64,000 nucleotides of DNA from Utricularia gibba (taxonomy: Eukaryota; Plantae; Magnoliophyta): the NCBI GenBank assembly GCA_002189035.1, contig CM007989.1, positions 7,130,001 to 7,194,000 on the forward strand, in the 5' to 3' direction. The notes beneath the pieces were generated by a model. That model was not told the DNA's origin. It did not search any database and saw nothing but the letters and a program-made list of their open reading frames with translations. Each line of letters begins with the position of its first letter. Within the stretch, counting starts at the first letter, position 1. Positions 13,833 through 27,814 of the stretch are shown here, piece after piece. The position numbers and the translations under genes are program-made.

Positions 13833-16800
13833 TCATGCTTCAGCCAGATGCTCAAATTCCTTGCAGTTGGCCCCAACTTGACTCAGAGCAGAGACCAGTT
13901 TGGGCAATAGTTTGGCCAGCATTAACTTAAAACCAATGGAATTTGAATTTGCGCTCCTGGATTCACCAACATGAGCATCCCTTGTAAGTGAACCGATCAG
14001 ATGTCCCTTCATATATGCATTGCATGCCATAAGGATGTAAGGGCCACGCTTTCTGAAATGCTCTAGAATGAGCTCTTCGAAGCCCTGCATATATAACCAT
14101 GGAATTATGTTCACCTTGAGGCGAGAAGCATACAAGAGGGCTGTGTCGGAGGAAGCTTGATTAGATTACCTTTGGAGGCTTCCGCATTAGGTACATCATT
14201 GTCTTCAAATTCAACAAAAATGTATTTTCATTGTACGATAATGAATTCTTTTCCCCTTCAGCAGTCCCAACTTGTTTATCATAACCAGCTTCATTAAAAT
14301 ATGGCTTGGAGTTTAGCACTAGCCCCTGAAGAGATACCAGTACTTGGAGAATGCTCGAGGTTGATGGATCCCAAACCTCATTTCCTCTACCCGTCCAAGT
14401 GTTCAATAAACTCAGGCAAACTTTTCCTTCTTCATATAAATTTGGGTTAATTCTCCATCCTCCAGAATGGTAATACACTGACTGCAAACAAAGAAAGAAG
14501 TATGGGTAATAATTTAGATGTTGTGTCAACTGTAAATCCTGAAGATTAATCTTTGTTTTCATTTAGAGATACTGTTGTTAATCATAACTGGCAACAGAAG
14601 ACCAAAAGAAAATGGAAGACAAGGAGTAAACTTTGTGAAACAAATTTTATACGGAGAAGAGCCAGTGTGCAACGAAGATTAACTTATTGAGTAATGAAAT
14701 TCGAATACAAGATTAAAAAAAAACCACTAAGTAGCACTGAATGAAGTTCCAAAAGTTTGCAGAAAGAGAAAGAAAATTGTAAACACTGACTTACTGGGGG
14801 AACATCTGGATATTCTGGGGATAAAGAAAAATCAAAGAAAAACAGACCATCCTGATACGGAGTCCCATAAGCACCGACTATAACAGTCCTTAAAAGGTCC
14901 ATTCTATCCTCGTAGACACGGACGAATATACTACCTAAAAAAAGGCGAAAAATGTGACTAATTCGTTTTAATGATGCATCAAGGCATTGGGAGCAAAATG
15001 AGTATACCGGGTAGGTTGTTCTGAAGAATGTCCCAGTCTTTCTGAATCTTCTTGAGCCACTTTCTCGATGCAAAATCCTGCAAGTTTTGCACAAGGTCCT
15101 TCGATAATTGGAATGCAACAAAGTAATAAAATCCATTAATACAAACCTGGCTATGTGAACCAATAAAGTGATGATCTGATGGGTCTTTGATGATATCGAA
15201 ACACTTGAAGGTTAAAACAGATTCATCAAGTGAAGAAGTGTATGAATCTGGTGGTTTTAGGTTACAAAGAGTTTTGGAGATTTCCAGCACATCAGATGGT
15301 TGAGAAGCGCCTTTAGATGCAGCACTTAGTTTAGAGAGTTCAGTTTCCATATCAAAGCCTTTAGTACCAGAACCATCAGAATAAGATGTGTTTAAGGGTG
15401 ACTCATCAGGTTGAGAATCAACCTCGCTTTTGGCATCTGCATGTCCAGGATCTAAGCCACTTCGAGCTCTTGAAAATATTCCAGATGCTATTCTAGTCAT
15501 AAAACCAATTGCAGCCATGGGAAATGCAAGAGCTATGTTCTTTCCAGAATTTCCGGTGACCAAATTATCTTCTGTATCAGACTTCTGGTCAACATCTTCT
15601 GTAACAACATTGGCCTGTCAAAACGTGCATCCGATAAATAAGAGAACAGATAATAGCAATTGCAGTTACAATCGCAAATGGCATTCATCATGCACCTCCT
15701 CATTATTGGCAGAGTCCATATCATCTTCAACCGTTTCCCAACTGGCGGCATCACTGGCATTACTTCCAGTTGCAATTGATTCATCTTCATCTCGACCAAC
15801 AACATAAATCGCTTGAGGGCCAACCTACCATATGAAAAGAATATTAATTGTTTTTAGAAGTCAAATGAATAATCAGTATCTTTGCAGAGTTGGACATGAC
15901 ATATGATTACAACTGCACAATAGATCACCAACAGAAACTGAAAAAAGAATTACCAAGGATACCATGCCATCTGCCCAAGTAACCTCAATGTCACCACCTT
16001 TCAATCCTGTAATATTCCCAACCCATGACAAATCTGAAAACTCGTGAGTTTGTGCATCATCTTCATTTTCCACAGTATGGTGATCAGCCTCGCCATCTGT
16101 ATGTTGATTTGAACTTCCTTGTAGCATAGTTTCAACAGATAAATTTGAATCAACAGTTGATGAAATAGGCGCCAACCGGACAACTACATCACCATAGCAA
16201 TAATCATAGTCAGGATGCCCCTCTAGCTCATAAACACTGACAATCTCCTCTGTATCAAATTCTTTGGGGTCTTCTGCCTTAGCAACAGCCTTCAACCACC
16301 TGACACATGCAGTCTTATCTTTTGCATTGACACTTTGCACAACTCCAACACGTCTAGTCTCAATAGCATCATCACTATCAGAAGCTTTCTCCACCACATA
16401 CTGTTCAGCCACAAATTCATGATCCCCTGGATTTTCAATAGGAGCTAAAGATGCAGAATCAAGTTCTCTTTCTGTTGTCCCATCTTGCCAGATAACATCA
16501 AGCTTTGTCTTTATATTGATAATTTGAAGTGCCCTTTCAAAATTCTCTCTTTTCTTCCTAGCCTTTTTATCCTTCCAAGCAACTGATTTACGGATTTTTT
16601 TTCTAGTAAATATTCCAATCTCACGAACATCCTTTTTTGATCCCGAATTGTTGTTGCTAGACAGTGTCACAGAGTCATCATTCTCTAATGTACTCGTACT
16701 CCCCTGGAAAGCTTCTGAAAAATGTTCCAAGGATTTGGAATTTTTGTATTTTTCCATTGACAGCAACACCTCTGAATCTGACTCGTCAACAGTTTCAATT

Positions 16801-17917
16801 GATTCAGGCTCCTCAACAGTAGAATTATGAGAGTCAGGTCTAGATGATCTCTTATTGAATGGAACAAACTCCTGAGAGAATGGTAATAAGCACCAATCAC
16901 CCAATTGCCAATATGCAGGAGTGAAACAAGACAACAATTTTAAGTTTTTGGGACTTTGCTCTTCAAGTGGTGCTGTAGCACAATCAGGCCCATAACCGGC
17001 AGAAGCAATCCAATAAATCCACACTGATCCAACGGTAACTTTCATCACAGTGCCTTCTAGCCGGTTTGCTTTCCACAAACCAGATAACCACCGGGCATTC
17101 TTAAAGACTGAAGATGAGTTTGCTTTTACACGTTGACCAGGATAATATGGAAAATGTCCATCTTCAAGCTTGATCGTTCCAAGTGGCATAAGATGCAATG
17201 GGTCAGCTTTCATCACTTTGCAAACAGAGCCATCATCAAGCTGGACAGTGACATTATCAAAAACATCTTCAACTCTACCAAGCCAAGGCCCAAGAGCAAC
17301 ATAATCACCAATAATGAAATCCCTAATACGCCTCAAATCTCTAGATGGTATACCTTTAACGATAGAACCATCTTGTGTGGCCAAATCAACATCAATATGG
17401 ACATCAACAACAATACCTATTTGCCCAGTTGGATCTGAAGCAGCTGTCACGTAATCCCCATGTAAAAACCCCTATCAACAACCTCCACATCATTCATGCA
17501 TTCTGTAGTTTCAGATCCATCCATCCAAAGTACTCGGACCTGGTTAGAGTTGAGGAGCTTTGGGGAAGTCTCATCCTCACCATTGCTAGCAGTTTCACCA
17601 GCATTTACATCATGTTCCTCGGCATCCATATCCTTATGATCAACACCACTACCATTTCTATCCTCATCCTCATCCTCGTAGTCATCCTCATAATCATTGT
17701 CAGTGCTACTATCGGAATCAGAATCACCCGCCACCTCAATGACTAAACCAATATCATTCCCATTCTTTCTTCTCACAACATCTTGTCGATAGATGAAAGA
17801 GACGTTCTCCAAGTTGTTAAGAATCTTACCAGGTTGGCTTTCGAGACTCATATCCCCATCCTCCACATGGAATGTAGAATCCTCTCGCTTCAAAGTGGCA
17901 TCATTATCAGCATTCAT
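13833..17917 (-). CDS. UBC23: Large E2 ubiquitin-conjugating enzyme, UBC23 (PHO2/UBC24 family); one apparent 1-nt frameshift at 17464-17468
   Basis: Exons (-): 17917-15954 (contains the shift), 15824-15696, 15614-15147, 15077-15008, 14934-14795, 14481-14170, 14084-13833. UBC core: RVYEDRMDLLR, GTPYQDGLFFFD, RINPNLYEEGKVCLSLLNTW (catalytic Cys), YFNEAGY. Confidence 0.9.
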
Positions 17918-18431
17918 ACCAATAGAAAGCTGCAGATACTGCAAACGTTAATCAAAACCGTACAATTCAGAAACGCACATTAACGGATTGCCAACGAACC
18001 AAACTCAAGAGCAACACGGGATACACAAATAACCTATTCATATCCGTCCAGTTACTTCTATTGAACGCCCAGCTGATGAGGATTAACACCCAAACCCAAA
18101 ATTGCATCACACAAAAAAGAACTTTTACAATAAAAGCATTGCATAATCCCCACCCCAGCTATAACCCCCCACGCATCACTCAACAAAGTTTTAAAAATCG
18201 AAAAATAGAAACTAAGAATGCAGAAAACAATAAAAGTAATAGCATCGAATCACGAACAAAGCCGAATGAAAACCGAATGCGATTAATAGAAGAAAAACAT
18301 ACTGGGTAAAGAATGATACGGAATCACGACAGACACCCAGCTGAAATAGAAACAACGATTGCAAATAAAGAGCCAAAAGTATACTCTTTATGTTGATTGC
18401 AGTGGCGTTAGCATTCAACAGAGGAGGAAGA

Positions 18432-18452
18432 GAAGAAGAAGAAGAAGAAGAA
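18432..18452. repeat. (GAA)7 microsatellite in the probable 5' leader of UBC23
   Basis: gaagaagaagaagaagaagaa read directly from the sequence. Confidence 0.8.
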
Positions 18453-20014
18453 TATTTGCATTACACGCCGAGACGCCTTACGCCGCGCCGGTATACCCGT
18501 GAAACCAAGGGCAATCTCGTCAATTACTTGGCGTTGAAGCCATTTCAGATGCCCTTTTTTTATCAACGCCGATGCCCCTATTTTTTTAAAATATATAATA
18601 CCAAATATATTTTCCAGAGGACATTGGGCTTATTGGGCCCCTTCCTCTTCTATTTGGGCTCTATCTGGCCAATATGATAACATGAATTTTATCCATTCCA
18701 TTTTAAAGTATGTACACTTGCCTTAAAAAATATAATAATTTATTATTAAAAAATAAACAAGGGTTGGTAAAAATATCTAATTCTTTCTCTTTTTGATTTT
18801 TTTTAAAAATATACATCTTGTGTAGAGAGGAGGACAGAATTGCCTAAATAAAAGGGCTGTGGAGTTTGGACACATTATTGATAATTAATACCATGGGGCC
18901 CACTATGTTTGTGAATATATTTGGTATTTATTAATTAATAATATATCAAATCACTAATTATCACTCAATGCTTTCTCTTATCTTTATCATTAAAATAAAA
19001 AAAGCTGTCTATTGGCTTCCCATGAATTATTTGATGTGACAAGTGAAGGATATGGATTTTATTTTCAAAATCTATTATTTAATTTGAATGATTTAATTTA
19101 TTCTGAGGGTTACAAATTAGTAACAATATTTTAAAATATTATTTATATAATGATAAATCATTATTTTATGTGACACATAAATAAAGCCCAACGATAGTTA
19201 AAAAATAATATAATATATTAATTCACCATTTTTAAAATAAAAATGTAATGAATTTTTCTGAAAAGGTGTGATAAAATATTCTAAAATTAATGCAGTATCA
19301 AAATCACGTATAAATACCCATTTTTTGTTCTTACGATGTGACTATTGATAACCACCTTTTTTTTTCCTAAAGAGAATATATTATTTTTTTATTCCGCACA
19401 TTTTTTATTTGAAAACTGTGGGCCCTACCATGTAAATCCAATCCAATCAATGCGCCCCACACAACACTGCGGTGATAATTTAATTCATGCAATGTCCCCT
19501 AATAATTATTTACCTTCTATTAAAAAGAAATAAAAAAATTCATAAATATCAATGATGGTAGTGATAATGTTAAATAATTTTTTTATTAAATATCAGTAAT
19601 TTTTAATCTAATAATTCAAAATTTTAAGAATTTGTAGACAATTCTATTCAAAGTAAACCATGAAAATTAACTAATTGAAACGAACAATATCATATAAATT
19701 AAAAACAAGTCATGATATTTGATATTAAAGTCAAATTCAGCTCGTATCAAGGTGGGATGAAAATGCACTTAACAAATATGATAAGTGTTTAAAAAGTAAA
19801 AAAATGTAAAATTAAAGATTTAGTTACGATATTTCATATTGATTATGCACATATTTAAATAAAAATAATTTTACATGACTCATTTTTCTCAATAAGAGAA
19901 AACATAAAACCGTCAATGTTTGGTATTCGAGATATATAATATCACTTGAGACGGCGAGTTCTAACATTTCATTTATTTAAATTGATTTTACACAACTAGC
20001 ATAAAAAGTGACTA

Positions 20015-20161
20015 GTTTTGGGTAGAGGATTATTAAAAATTTATCGAAAAATAAAAAAGTCACGTCACCGTGACGTGCCACTGTGCTAGTGAACAACAGA
20101 CAGGGGCATCTTTGTTACAAAAGCGATTACAAGATGGTTTTGGGTAGAGGATTATTAAAAA
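20015..20161. repeat. 25-bp perfect direct repeat flanking a 97-bp segment with a TGACGTG palindrome
   Basis: gttttgggtagaggattattaaaaa occurs at 20015-20039 and 20137-20161. The palindrome cacgtcac-c-gtgacgtg is at 20061-20077. Confidence 0.85.
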
Positions 20162-23100
20162 GATGAGAATTATTTTGTATTTGGAAAAATAATATTAATA
20201 AAATATTAAATCTAGTCGGTTCACGCAATGCGTTCAGGTTGTCCCAACGAATTTAAAGCGCGATCGGGTTCATTGAATCCTGCAGTCCACGTTATTAATT
20301 GTCCAAATGGATCTTTTTTTATTTTATTTTCCAAATAAATTATATTAATATTTTTGGGTTTGTACTTCCCAAGTAAGCAGATAGTGGGGAGCAACTGGCG
20401 TGTACAGAGTACATTTTCCTGCAGAGCCATTAAACAACACCACCACAGAATGGGTATCCATCAAGATTTGATCTGCATTTTTATTTTAAATGAATATTCA
20501 TAAAATGCACCCTTTTATTATTTTCTGTATTCGGGAGTTATTTCCTTTTGTTTATTGAATGGAATGTGTGGTGGAAAGGCTTCCACATGATGTCGAATCC
20601 GAAGTAAGTTGAGCATGGCGTGTTGCGACATAAGCAACTGAATAAATAACCTGTCTAATCCTAAATAAACGTATAGGATGATGCCTATGTCGTCACCCAC
20701 GATGCATCTAATGATGTGTTTGCAAGATTTAATGTTTATTTGATGCAACTCCTCTAAATAAGTGATTTTATAAACAATTCAGTGTTTTAACTCTACATAG
20801 TATTAAAATACATAATACAATAAAAGTGAAATAATTAAATATATAATAAATTGTAAATTACTAGTAATCAGTTCATAATATTTTTTTAATGTGATTCATA
20901 TTTATTGTGTACTTGAATTTCATGTGTACACTGCCCTGACTCATCGAATTTCAACATATAGAACATAAGTATCACATGTTTTGTTGGAGAATTATTTCTA
21001 GAATTGATTTTATTGAAATTGAAATTGTACCAGATATAGACTTGGAAACATTTGAAAATTGATTTGTGTTTTAAAAAACCATAATATTTTTAAAAATAGT
21101 ATTATTTTTTTTTTTTTCAAAACACCTAATCACATGAATCCCTATTTCAACGACTGACTTAACGCGGCCCGTGTCTAAGAAACAAATGGTGTCTGCGGGT
21201 TCCAAAACTGATTGCCCTTTTTTTTTTCTTTTGGTTAGAAATTTACAATTTAAATGACATTTTTTATGGTTAATTATAACGGGGGTATGTCTAATATTTT
21301 GACTATAGGAACATTGAAATAAACCACAAGTGGCTTCGTCTTGACTACGGGCGTAGAGGCAATCAATGGCAGGTCGCTCCAACTCTTCCCATTCGTCCAC
21401 GTCGACGCCTGGCATGGTGACTCGGGTCGGGTCGGGTCGGGGGTTTGGATACTCTGAACTGGGATTGCGGATGGCAGCATGGGTGCTGTATCTATCCATC
21501 CATCTCATGGCCCCCCGATGTGTAGTGTAAGATGACAACCCCTCCCACGTACTCCTGAATTGACACTGCTTTTTTTTTGTACAAGGTGACGCGTGTATTA
21601 ATTAAAAAGCCGATTTTTTTGGATGCGCCCCCCTTTGCATATGAAACATAAGTAGTGTTGTGTAAATTTTTTTAATTTTAGAAACGTAAAAAATACAAGT
21701 AACTTTTTTTGAAGAATTAGAAAAAAAATGATATGTTTTGAGAAAATTACATAAATAGATGAAAAAATATTTTCCTAATGCAAAAAATAGAAATAAGAAG
21801 TAGAATTAAATGTTTTCTTATTTATGTTTCTACGTCATATTTATCTATACCCAAAAATTACTTTTTCAAAAAGAAAAACAAAAATATTTAACTCTAATTC
21901 CCACTTGCTGTTTTTATTTTTATAAAAATGATTTTCACTATTTTAATTATCAATGTTTCAAAATAATGGTAAATTGCTCCATAATAATTTGGTATATACT
22001 ACTTGGACATACATAATCCCCAATATTTACAATAATGGGCAATTATAGTCGATAATTCTTTAAAATTTCTGGCAAAATTAATCCCCAACTAATCTTGTCT
22101 AATTTATTGAATATTGATGATTAATTATGTTTATATGTTCAAATAGTGATGGATAAAAAGTGCTTAAAATATACAAATTTTAGAGATTAATTGCATGTGA
22201 TGTATAAAATTTTAGAAATGTATTTTTATCAGCGACGATAAAATACACAATTTTTATGAAAAAGTAAAGATTAATTTTACCCAAATATTAAATATTTTAG
22301 GTTTTTTTTAAGTAATTTGATCTTTTTTAGGAAAATGAGAAGGGAACTGAGGATGTATGGGGTAGTTTGTGATAATGTGGAAAATTATGGGCTCCTACAT
22401 AATTTAAAGAAATAATGAAGGGGAGGAACATTTCTGAACCCTATCTACTACCCTAATGCAAAAAGGCACCAATGTCATGTTTAGGTTTAATTGCATTTCA
22501 ACCCCTACATTATTTCTATTGATCAACTACATAATCAAGCGCTGAAATGTAAATAAACTACAACAAGTGCTCGTTGTTGACTAGGATCAATACGCACTTA
22601 ATGGCCAATGTGGAAGGATTAGAATCCACACCAATTTAGCTTCCTCAATCCTATATGTTTATGAACTACATTTTTCGATACCGTTGATTAATCTTTATAC
22701 GAGTTAGGATATGTTTTACAGGTATATTATAAATTTGGCCAATTTTGATGATAAGTATGAAAAAATTAGTCATTCGTAGTTAAAATCTTTTGACTGAGTG
22801 TGTGAGAAAGAATAGGAGAGTGATCAATTTTGCAAATGATCCTATGTTTTACTAATCGACAACCAAAGGAAACTAACACATGAAATTGAAGTATTTTTGC
22901 CAAAACAATGGGCTAAAAAAGAAAAAAAGAAATCAAACATTTGGACGTTATACTAGTGGAAATTGCACTAGACCCCTGGAAAATAGCTTGTCAATGGAAT
23001 AAATTCACCCCCAGAGGAAAAGATCAGGGGACAATTATACCCTCTAAATTTATCGAGTATTCCCTAATTGTTATATTATTTTTATTGACAATTTGCGAAT

Positions 23101-24562
23101 AATAAATTATCAAAAAAACTTTTTTTTCTTAAATTAATTTACCCCTTTGAATTATTGACTAATCCCACTTGAAGTTATTATGTACACTGATGTAACATAT
23201 CTTTTTTTTTATCGTAGAATTTTTATTATGTGTAATAAAATTTGAACATTCAACCATTATTACATCATCATTTTTTTAAAAAAATTGGAATTTACGATAA
23301 TGCTTGAAATTTAGGGGTGGCCGAGGTGTGGAAATCTGATGAAAATTGAAAGAGAAAAGAGGGCCTGAGCGCAATCCCATTTTCCATTTAGTGATCCGAT
23401 CGGCATCGATGTGATTCAAGGTGTGTATCGACCATGGTACTAATGACAAATGTGTGGCTACTGCAAGATCCATCCTTTTTTTGCTTTTACTTAATGGGCA
23501 GGCAAATCTACGGTGTGTTGACACGGGATCGTCTTCATTCCCTGTTTTCATTTCGTCAAACCAGAAGTTAAAGGCTCGTCAATTGTCTGTCCTTTTTTCT
23601 TCAATTTCCTGCTTTAAAGATCTAGTCTTGCTTCTCTGTAGCTTTGTAGTTTGAATAATTGGGGTGGTTGAGTCGTTTGGGATTCACTCCTTGTGTTTTT
23701 ACCCATAGGAAGTGGAGCCCGGAACTGGTCCCTTGCTCGGCTGGCCTGAAGCGCTCTCTTGTTGGTTTTTAATGGGTTTTGTCTGCTGGAAATTCCAGAG
23801 TTCCAGCTGTGGGAATCCCATACATCTGTTTCTTCAGAGTAACAGTAATTCCCCCCTCATAAATCTTTCCTCTCTCCCTGAATTGACGCTCTTGTATTTC
23901 ACCCTTTTGGCTTGTCTCTTTTTCTCTTTTGCAGTACTGAATCACTCTTATCGTCCGGTGCCCACCATCAACCAAGAGAAGTATTCATACAGAAAGACCC
24001 CACTTTAAAGCTTGTTTTTCCTTCCCTTTACTAAGTTAGTCTTGATTCTTATGGATCCACAGATCTAAAGGTACCCCTCTTCGGATTTCACTCTTTTCGT
24101 TTTTCTGGATTTTGATAATTGAGCTGCATCTCCTTGATGGGTTCCTTTGGATTTACTTGCTTCATTTATATTTCAAATTTAATCGTAGTTTTTCTGGGCG
24201 TGTAGATGTTGATCAAACAGTCGGAGTAATGAACTTTTTGACCATCATTCTTGTCATCGATTTCGTTGATTTTGAGTCACAGTCGTTGGCCTTCTTGGTC
24301 AAAGATGTGTTTCACATCCAAATCCCTTTTGTTTTCTTAGTCAATATATTCTTTGTCAATGAATAGGGTGTAAGTGTGTATTTCATTTTAATGATAGATC
24401 ATGACACTTCTCTGTTCTTGTTGCTAGGCTCGGTTCACAGATAATCAAGCTGTCACCTGCATCTTCTGGGATTGCTCGCTGCGTTATTGTATACATAGTT
24501 GCTTCACTAGTGACCAAGTCGCTGGGAGGTCACTAGATGTGGATGCGTTTGAAGCTGCTTGG

Positions 24563-25970
24563 ATGAACATTCTGAGGACTTGTTTCCGGCCGAGGGCTGA
24601 TGGCTGTGCCCGAGTCGGGTCGGATGGTAGTCGTCAAGATGGACTCTTGTGGTATAAGGATTTGGGGTACCATTGCAGTGGAGAGTTTTCAATGGCTGTT
24701 GTCCAAGCAAATAATTTGCTGGAAGATCAGAGCCAAGTAGAGTCTGGTTCTCTTAGCACTGATGCTTCAGGGCCACACGGCACTTTTGTTGGGGTTTACG
24801 ATGGACATGGAGGCCCTGAAACTTCCAGATTCATCAATGATCATCTCTTTCACCATCTAAAGAGTAAGTCCCCCATGGCTGGATCTCCCTTGTTGATAAC
24901 AGTTGAGTTACATTAGCATAATTCTTGAAGCTGAACCTTTCCTGAGGTATCATGGATGCTTGTTATGGATGATTTCTTGTTGTCTGGGGGTTGCAGGGTT
25001 CGCGGCGGAGAATCAAGCAATGTCCGGCGATGTAATCCGGAAGGCGTTTCAAGCCACTGAAGATGGTTTCATGTCACATGTGAGAAGGGAGTGGTCCATG
25101 AAACCGCAGATTGCAGCAGTTGGCTCCTGCTGCCTGGTTGGGATCATCTGCAATGGCACTCTCTATGTTGCCAACCTCGGAGATTCTCGGGCCGTATTGG
25201 GACGCGCCGTCAAGGCGACCGGAGAGGTGATTGCACTTCAACTCTCAGATGAGCACAATGCCTGTGAGGAATCCGTCCGGCGAGAGCTGAAGTCCCAGCA
25301 CCCTGACGACCCCCATGTCGTTGTCCTGAAGCACAATGTCTGGCGCGTAAAGGGTGTGATTCAGGTCTGTTTCCTGCTTCATCCTCTGCATATCGGTATC
25401 GATTCTGATCGTTTTCACTTGCAGATATCACGATCCATAGGCGATGTGTACTTGAAGAAAGCTGAATTCAACAGGGAGCCACTACACCACAAGTTCCGAA
25501 TTTCTGAGCCTTTCAAGAAACCATTCTTGAGCTCAGAACCATCAATCACCCTGCATCAGCTTCTGCCTCATGATCAGTTCATCATATTCGCCTCCGACGG
25601 CCTGTGGGAGCATTTATCAAACCAAGAAGCCGTCGATCTCGTCAACAACCACCCGCCTAGTGTAAGACACCATTTTTATCCATCCTGCAGCTTAGCTTGC
25701 TGAAATGTTCCTACCTTGCAGGGCAGCGCAAGGAGACTAGTGAAAGCAGCACTGCAGGAGGCAGCCAGGAAAAGGGAGATGCGATACTCCGACCTCAAGA
25801 AAATCGACCGCGGCGTCCGTCGCCATTTCCACGACGACATAACCGTGATCGTCGTGTTCCTGGACTCGCATGCCACCAGCCGAGCCACCTCCGGCCCTGC
25901 AGTTTCCATCAAATGTGGCGGCATCAGCCTTCCTCCCAACACTCTGGCGCCCTGTTCCACTCCACCATAA
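24563..25970 (+). CDS. PP2C.D: Protein phosphatase 2C, clade D
   Basis: Exons 24563-24863, 24997-25364, 25425-25661, 25722-25970; the start codon is uncertain. Motifs: [82 protein letters not shown]. Confidence 0.93.
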
Positions 25971-27814
25971 CCGGGTCTCAAGCTTGAAAACCCCTCCTCA
26001 CTCTGGTAACCTGCATTGATTTGTTTGCTTTGGCACCAATCTGGAAGAGGGAAAAAAGAAAAAGCCAGCTTCAAGGGGGGTGTTGAATTGAGTTATTCGA
26101 GTTGATGGAGAAGGTAGCCAACTGGTAAAATGACACTTTAGGGTTCTATACCACCATGTTCCAAGAGAAGGAACGAGGGAATATGTAGACCAGCCAGCCG
26201 TTTGAAGAAGAATGCCAGACAAAACAATGATGAATGCTACGCTACATTTTTAGTTTTCACATCTTCCCCTTCCAATCCTGTTTGACAAATACTTCTTCTT
26301 TTATATTTTTAATTTTTCAGGTAATTTACAATTAAATTTATTTTTTAAAAATTTTACTACTAGAGAAGAGACTACAGATTTGTTTGGTGCAATTTCAATG
26401 TCAATAAAAATATTTCTAAAAGTGATTTTTGTACAAAACATGCATTGTTTTTGTTTCACATGAAATTAAAAAGTGAAGTTCTTCAATTTTTTTAGAAGTT
26501 GTGTATCCTTACTTTAATAAAAACTGAAATACTTCTAGAATCACTTATTTAAAATTATTTTTTGAAGTTGTACTAAATATATCTTAATTTAAGGTATATT
26601 AAATGACACCCTTTGAAACTTGTTTTTTTTTCACTTTTGTAGAATTTAATTTATTTATATGATTAATTATATACTCAACTTATATTTTTAAGATAAAGTA
26701 TCAAGAAAATAAGAAAAAATATTTTTTTATCAGTAAAAAAATTAATTTCTAATAATATATAAATGATAGTTAAAATTTCACCTTCAGTGATTCAGAACAA
26801 CCAAAAAATTTGGAAAATAATTTTAAAAAATGATTTGAAATAGTGAAGAAAAAAATAACATTATTGAAAAAAAATTTTAGAATGAGAATAAATATTCTAA
26901 ATGAACAATATGATTTATTTATTATTTATAAAATTGAAAATAAAAAAATGAGAAATAAATATGCTATACAGAATTATTAATTTCTTATTTGAGAATGAAA
27001 ATTAAAAATAAAAAATATATGCAAAACATAGCTTAAATATATTTTGGTGGAGTTTATTTTATTTTGCTATTATATAAAATATCGATTTAGGGAATAATAA
27101 TTGAGACGGAGGCGGTAGAGCCAACCCCGGCAGCGTTCATTTCCCGGCATTCCACCAAATTGGTTTCCACTTCGCTGCAAAGTTGTACTATGCGCAATGA
27201 CACTTGTACGTTGTTTCTCCAGTTTTCATTGACGAGTCTTCCTGCGCCACGCGGTGAGTCTTCCTTGTGCTTGTCCTTGGTTTCAGCACAATTTCTTCCT
27301 CTGAATTGGGACCGGTGGTGAGGTGCGTGAATTTCAGGATCCGGCGGTACTGCGTGTTCGAGTTCATTTGATTTTGTTGGATGAGTCAGTGATCATTGAA
27401 TCTGCGTCACTCTGCTTGATTGGAAATTATCTTGGGCAGTTTATTCTTGCTTGAGCCGACATTGCGTTCACTTTTGTATTAGCGAGGGAAGCTCTACTCT
27501 CAAAGCTGAACTCTTGGTAGGTCATTTGCTTGGGTGACCTGAGTAAATGGCGTGACTACGAAATCAAAGCTAGTGGTAATTGTACGAGTGAAAAGAAAGC
27601 AAATAGTGAATATATCTTGCCATAGTAATGGTTATTCAAAAAGGTACGGTCTCCGAATGAGACTGAACACTAATGGATGTTTAACTGCTGAATGGTGGGT
27701 CACCAACAATTGGTGTTTGTAGTTTAGGTATCATATACACTCTGAAGCTACTGTTCCTTTTTTTAAAATCCGGATTCATTGATTGTTGGCTGAAAAGTTG
27801 AATTTCTAGGTGTA

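Noticed and set aside
22440-23170. Mutator-like TIR fragments (ttgcatttcaacccc, aattgcactagacccc, aattatacccct)
   Set aside because: Only short degenerate motifs; no paired TIRs, TSD or transposase could be defined. The same applies near 33330-33400 and 48900-49030.
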